Part shown: piece after piece, positions 59,111-64,000 of the stretch
Numbering within the stretch: position 1 is the stretch's first letter
Layout: each line of letters begins with the position of its first letter
Assembly (NCBI GenBank): GCA_037447605.1
Contig: CM074814.1
Location: 372,001 to 436,000 of the forward strand
Origin: Zygnema circumcarinatum SAG 698-1b
Lineage: Eukaryota > Plantae > Zygnematophyceae
Direction of reading: 5' to 3'
DNA: 64,000 nucleotides
The notes under the pieces: generated by a model
The model's input: the letters and a program-made list of their open reading frames with translations, nothing else
Told to the model about the DNA's origin: nothing
Database searches by the model: none
Position numbers and translations under genes: made by a program

Positions 59111-62100
59111 ATGGCTACCGCGTGGGCGGCGCAGTGCGCCACGTGTAGCCCTGTGGTGCGCGCGGTCGTGGCCGAGGGGGCGGCCGTCAGCGCAGAGCGC
59201 GTGGCGGTCGGGGGAGGGCGCGCGCGGGGGCGGGCGGCGGGCGGCGCGCAGAGGGCGCAGGCGGGAAGGGGGCGGAGGGCGGGCAGGCCGCTAAGGCTCA
59301 GAGTGGCGGCGCAGGAGGCGGGCACCAGCACGGGTGAGGGAGGGGGGGGAGGGAGGGGGGGAAGGAGAGGGGAGAGGGGGGGGTAGGGGAGAGGGTGGGG
59401 TAGGGAGGGGAGGGAGGGAAGGGGAGGGGAGAGGAGGGAGAGGAGGGGAGGGAGAGGAGGGGGAGGGAGGGAGGGAGGANNNNNNNNNNGGAGAGGAGGG
59501 GGAGGGAGGGAGGGAGGAAGGGAGATGAAAAGGAGTGGAGGGGGAGGGGGGAGGGAGGGGAGGAAAGAGGAGGGAGAGGAGAGAAAGGGAGTGAGGGAGA
59601 GAGGGGGGGAGGGAGGGAGGTGAAATGGAGGGGGAGGGAGAGGGGGGAGGGGGAGGGGGAGGGAGGGAGGGAGAGGTGGGAGAAAGAAAGAGGGAATGGG
59701 AGGTAGGGTGAGGCAAAAGGCGGGGAAAAGAGGATGGAAGCGGGTGGGGAGGAGGGAGTGGGAGAAAGAAGTGAAGATGGGTGGGAGAATGTTGGGATGG
59801 GGCAGGACATGGAGTGAGTGAGGAGGGTGGGCAGTGGGAGGAAAGTGGGAGGGTGAATAGAAGGAGAAAATGGATATTGGGCAGCTGAGAAAGTAGGTGG
59901 GAAGGAGGAGAGGGAGGGAGGAAGAGGTAGGGGCTCGAAGAGGGGGTGGCTGAGAAAGGAAGGGGAAATGGTAGGGCATACCTTTAATAAGAGATGGCTT
60001 TATGAGATGATTGAACAGCCTTGACTGCGGATGTTTCTGCAAGACCTTTCTTTTATACTCCCTCTTTTTTTTTTTGCTGGTGATCTGCTGACATATTCTG
60101 AGCTTGTCATTAAACACTTTGTCTTACGATTTATCCCCAGTCATCTTTGAATTTGTGGAGCTCCTCCTGCTAAAGACCTGCAGAACAGTTTCTGACTGTG
60201 ATGTGAAGCAGACAATGGCTGACTTTGTGAACCTTTTCTGACCGGCATTTCACCGTTTTCAACTTTTTTGAGTTGCTGCTTTGACCTAACCTTCCAATGA
60301 CCCTCCTTCCTTCCATTTTCTTGCTGAGTTGCCTTCTCTCTTCATCTTCTCGTGAACTCTCCTCTCCCTGCACTGCTGAAGTTGGCTTGGACCTTCAAAA
60401 AGAAACCCTCCTGTAAACTCCTGTAAGCGTGATTTCCGAAATTTCCATCAGATCTTCACCCATACTTTAGTCCGCATTTTTCGGCGACATTCTGCCCGCT
60501 TGTAAGATTCCTTCCTGCTTCCTGCAGTGGTTGCTCAAGAAGTGGAGTTCACGTGGTCGGGCCCCGGCAGTGAGGTCCTCCTCACGGCTGACTTTCTCAA
60601 CTGGGACACAAAGCTTGCCCTGAACAAGGCCGGAGGGGGGCCCTTCCAAGTGAAGCAGGCACGTCGTTACCATCACTTTATCAAGCAGTTTCTTCGTTCT
60701 CATAACTTTATCGAGCAGATTCGCAGTTTCGCAGCGGAGGGGTAGAGCGTGTATTGCATGGACGTATGGGAGGCTATGGGGGGAGAGGTAATGCATGTCT
60801 AATGGGGCTGAGGGCAAGCCCCGAGCTGCGGAAATCAGCTCAGCATATAGAGTTAGGAGTCCCATAAGCATGGCAGTATATGTGAGGATAGGCAAAGAGG
60901 ATAGATGGTCATGTGTTGTGCATGTTATGAGCCGACTCCTCTCTCCCTCCGCTCCCTCTCCCTTCCTCCTAGCTTCCTTGGCTCGTCTCTACTCCTCCCT
61001 CCCACCTCCCTCCCCCTCTCTCCTCACTGTTTAGTACCCAAAAACCTGCAAAGTAGCCGCATCATCCAGCTTTCCGATGTTTGCTAGGCCTTCCATTCTG
61101 TCTAACGGATTAGCTCACAGCAGCCCTACCCTCGTGTAGCACCCCAAGTCAGCACTTTTTCTCCCTCTCCCACTTTCTCTCCCTTAGTTAATCCTTTTCT
61201 CTCCCTGCAGAAGCTCCCTCCTGGCAGTTACGCGTACAAGTTCATAGTTGACGGAGTGTGGCAGCACACTCCGGACCGGCCCACAATAGAGGATGGGACG
61301 GGGGGCCTCAACAATGTCGTCACAGTGGCAGGTCGGCTCTCAACCTCTCTTAGCAAATAAGGCGGGGATGAAGGAATCAAATCGGAATACTTTTCATGTT
61401 AGGGTAGGGCACGTAGCGCGGTTGTTGGAAGGCGGAAGGAGAAGTCGGTCCCTACATTTGTGAATTTTTGAGCTGTTGATTGAGAGCGGTCTTCTTACAA
61501 ATCGAATGACGTCTTCGCTTTCTTGCCACGTAAACTTATCTCTGGTTTTTCACCAAAAACCAATCACACCTCGGTTTGCGGCGAAGCCATCCCATCTTTC
61601 ACGTTGTGACTGAATTTCCATGGACTGCCTCTTATGATGAAGTTTCTAAGTATCACCTCATTGCAATGTTTGAGAACTTCCTTTTCCTTAGTGGGTGTGT
61701 GCTCTATCACCAAACCTGAGCTCCCAAGTTTGTGACTTCAAACCACTCCACTCCTTCCTTCATAATGCTCTGAACCCCAAAACCCAAATGTTAGCATTAT
61801 AACACAAACCCACATAGATATATGTCCAATTTCTTTGGCTTGCAGAGGCTCCCTCTCCTCCCCCTTCCCCTCCCCCTCCTACTCCAAAGGAGCCGGTAGC
61901 TGTGAAGGCTGAGGAGGCAAAACCGGCCCCAAAAGAAGCAGCTGCGGGAGGGAAAGCAGTAGGAAAGGCAGCCGGAAAGAAGGCAGCTGCAAAGGCAATC
62001 GGAGCCGCCATGGAGGAGGATATCATTCCTCTCTTGAGGGCTGCTTTGGAGAAGGAGGTTGGGCTGATTGGGCTTACTCTCACCTTTGAGGAGAATCAGG

Positions 62101-63117
62101 TGATTGGAAATTTCGGACCTTGAAAGCTTGAAAATTGAAGTTGTGGAATAGAGTGTGTTGATGGGATAATGGGGGGGGGGGGTCGATTCTGCGAAAAAAC
62201 GGTGGAAAAAATGTTGTTTTTTAGGTAGAGTGAACCTGGACCGAACTTAGGGGGATGTTCATTGCTTGCCATGGGCGTGCAAGATTGACACGCCTTGATA
62301 TGGGAAGAACGAGAAGCATGGATAGGGATTTGTTCTGTTAGCAGGGGAGAAAAAATTAGGTGAAGGATAGGGGGAATTGCTATGCTGTAAGGAATTGGGT
62401 TGTGCCCGTATTGACGTTCCTTTGCATCTTTTGAAGCCAATCTCACCGGAGGTTGTGTGTGTGGTGCCTGCAGTTGCGCGGAAGCTTCCTGAAGGACGGA
62501 GTTCCGTATGCCTTTTGGTGTTATTTCCCGGATGGCAAATTGGAAGGTACATGCGTGAAAACTGAGGATCTCGTTCTCCTTCTTCCCCCCCAACTTCCCC
62601 TCACAAGCACTTCCTTCCGCCTCTCTCCCTCTCCCTCCCCCGCCTCCTCTCACAAGCACTGTCCTCCCCCTCTCTCGCTCCTCCTCGCTGTCCCACTCAC
62701 TAACACTGCCATCTCTCTCTCGCCTCCTCTTCTCCCTCTACCTCCCCCACTTCCTCTCACAAGCACTGCCCTCTTCCTCTCTTGCCTCCCCCTCTCCCTC
62801 TACCCCCCCCCCCCCTCCTCTCACAAACACTTCCCTCCTCACTTGCCCCTCCCTCTTCCTCCGTCTCCCTCCCTCTCCCTCTCTTCCAAACACTTCCTGC
62901 ACCCCCCCCTTCCCTGCACTTCTCTAATTCTTTCCTCTTTTTTCTTCTTTCCTCTCCTTCCCCTGCAGGGGCCCGTGGATTCTCCCTCGCCACTCACGGA
63001 GGCGAACCGAGCACTGTAGAGCCCTTCCTTATCGATGAGAAAAGGATCCTTCCAGACCTTCTCGTGTTCTGGGTTCAGAAGAGGCTCTTCGCCCAGAAGC
63101 TTCTCTCTCTCAACTGA
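59111..63117 (+). CDS. NdhV: Plastid-targeted CBM48 (AMPK1_CBM-type) + NdhV (DUF2996) fusion protein, about 316 aa
   Basis: Six phase-compatible exons: 59111-59333, 60528-60658, 61211-61331, 61846-62099, 62474-62546, 62969-63117. Ala/Arg-rich transit peptide; CBM48 VEFTW..EVLLTADFLNWD...LPPGSYAYKFIVDGVW...NNVVTV; NdhV MEEDIIP...FWCYFPDG...GFSLATHGGEPSTVEPFLIDEKR...VFWVQKRL. Confidence 0.88.
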
Positions 63118-64000
63118 GTCTCCATGTCAGTCAGTCAGTAGCAGCGGAAAATTCTGCCTACTGGCTTCTTCATAGAAATGGGGATGGGGAAAGGGAACTT
63201 GCTGAAATTTCTAAAGTTATTGAACGTAGGATAGGGCAACCAACTGCTGTAGGATAGGAAGTATCTATCTCCAATGGGAACCACTCAATGGATCAGTGAC
63301 TTTGTTTTGTAGAGGGCAAAAAAATGTAGATGCAAGGTCGTAATTTAACGTGTGGAAAAATACCTGCAAGGAATGTTAACGGAGAATACTTTGGGATTTA
63401 GTGAATTTTAGCGCTGAAATTCCTTACTAGGTGACATGTATGCTAATCCGAACATTCAAACATTTTGGTTGAGGTATAAAAAGGATCGCGTTCTTTTGCC
63501 CTTTTACTTGTATGGTCGTTCTTGTTATCGAGGATATGCAAGCAAAAGCAAAAACTTAAAGTCAGGCTCTGCCTCAAGCAGGTGGTTTGGCTTTTCCTAC
63601 ATATTGCATGCCACCCACTCCACATCTACAGATGCAGTCCATGCTTTGTTGTCTACAGCGTTGAAACTCCTTTTTAGACCTTAGCACGCTTTGTTAAACG
63701 TTGAATGACTAGCCTTCGAAGACATCCAAGATCGAAACAAGCGGTGCGTATAAATGTTTAAAAAACAGAGTGGACACGGACACATCTGTTCAAGGTTGCA
63801 AACTTTTGAATTCTTTAAGCGCTTTACAGTTCGCCTCTGGCGGCAATTTCCGGCTTGGGGAGCAAATCAAGAAAAAACCGCTAACAAATTATAGAAACAG
63901 AAACGCTTCTATTTTCCCAAAATTCCCTCAAATTGACTAACAAACACTGATATCTTACAGTATTTACAATTGCACTGCACACGAAAATGCAAAGCATCTG

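Overview
Eukaryotic, intron-rich nuclear DNA from a green-lineage plant. The FtsHi4, NdhV, UBP25-like and GLYR2-like sequences point to a streptophyte, probably an alga (inference). The assembly has nine 10-N gaps, most inside GA/CT low-complexity tracts. Left to right: a decayed Ty1/copia element (minus, runs off the left edge); a decayed chromodomain-bearing Ty3/gypsy element; a GIL1/IRKI (DUF641-family) gene with one frameshift and a relic copy; a 4-exon orphan gene. Then two copies of a head-to-head pair of secreted-protein genes (a parallel beta-helix protein and a propeller-like/extensin/PAN chimera) at about 15-23 kb and 33-40 kb. Between them lie a GLYR2 pseudogene fragment and a ubiquitin-specific protease whose C-terminus resembles ENY2/Sus1. 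After them come a secreted NIDO + 2x F-type lectin + legume-lectin mosaic gene, FtsHi4, and an NdhV gene with an in-frame CBM48 starch-binding domain. The strongest leads are the CBM48-NdhV fusion, the USP-ENY2-like fusion, the duplicated divergent gene pair with TGTCGG-rich shared promoters, and the NIDO/lectin mosaic. Gene models were spliced by hand and family calls are from remembered motifs; no database search was run.
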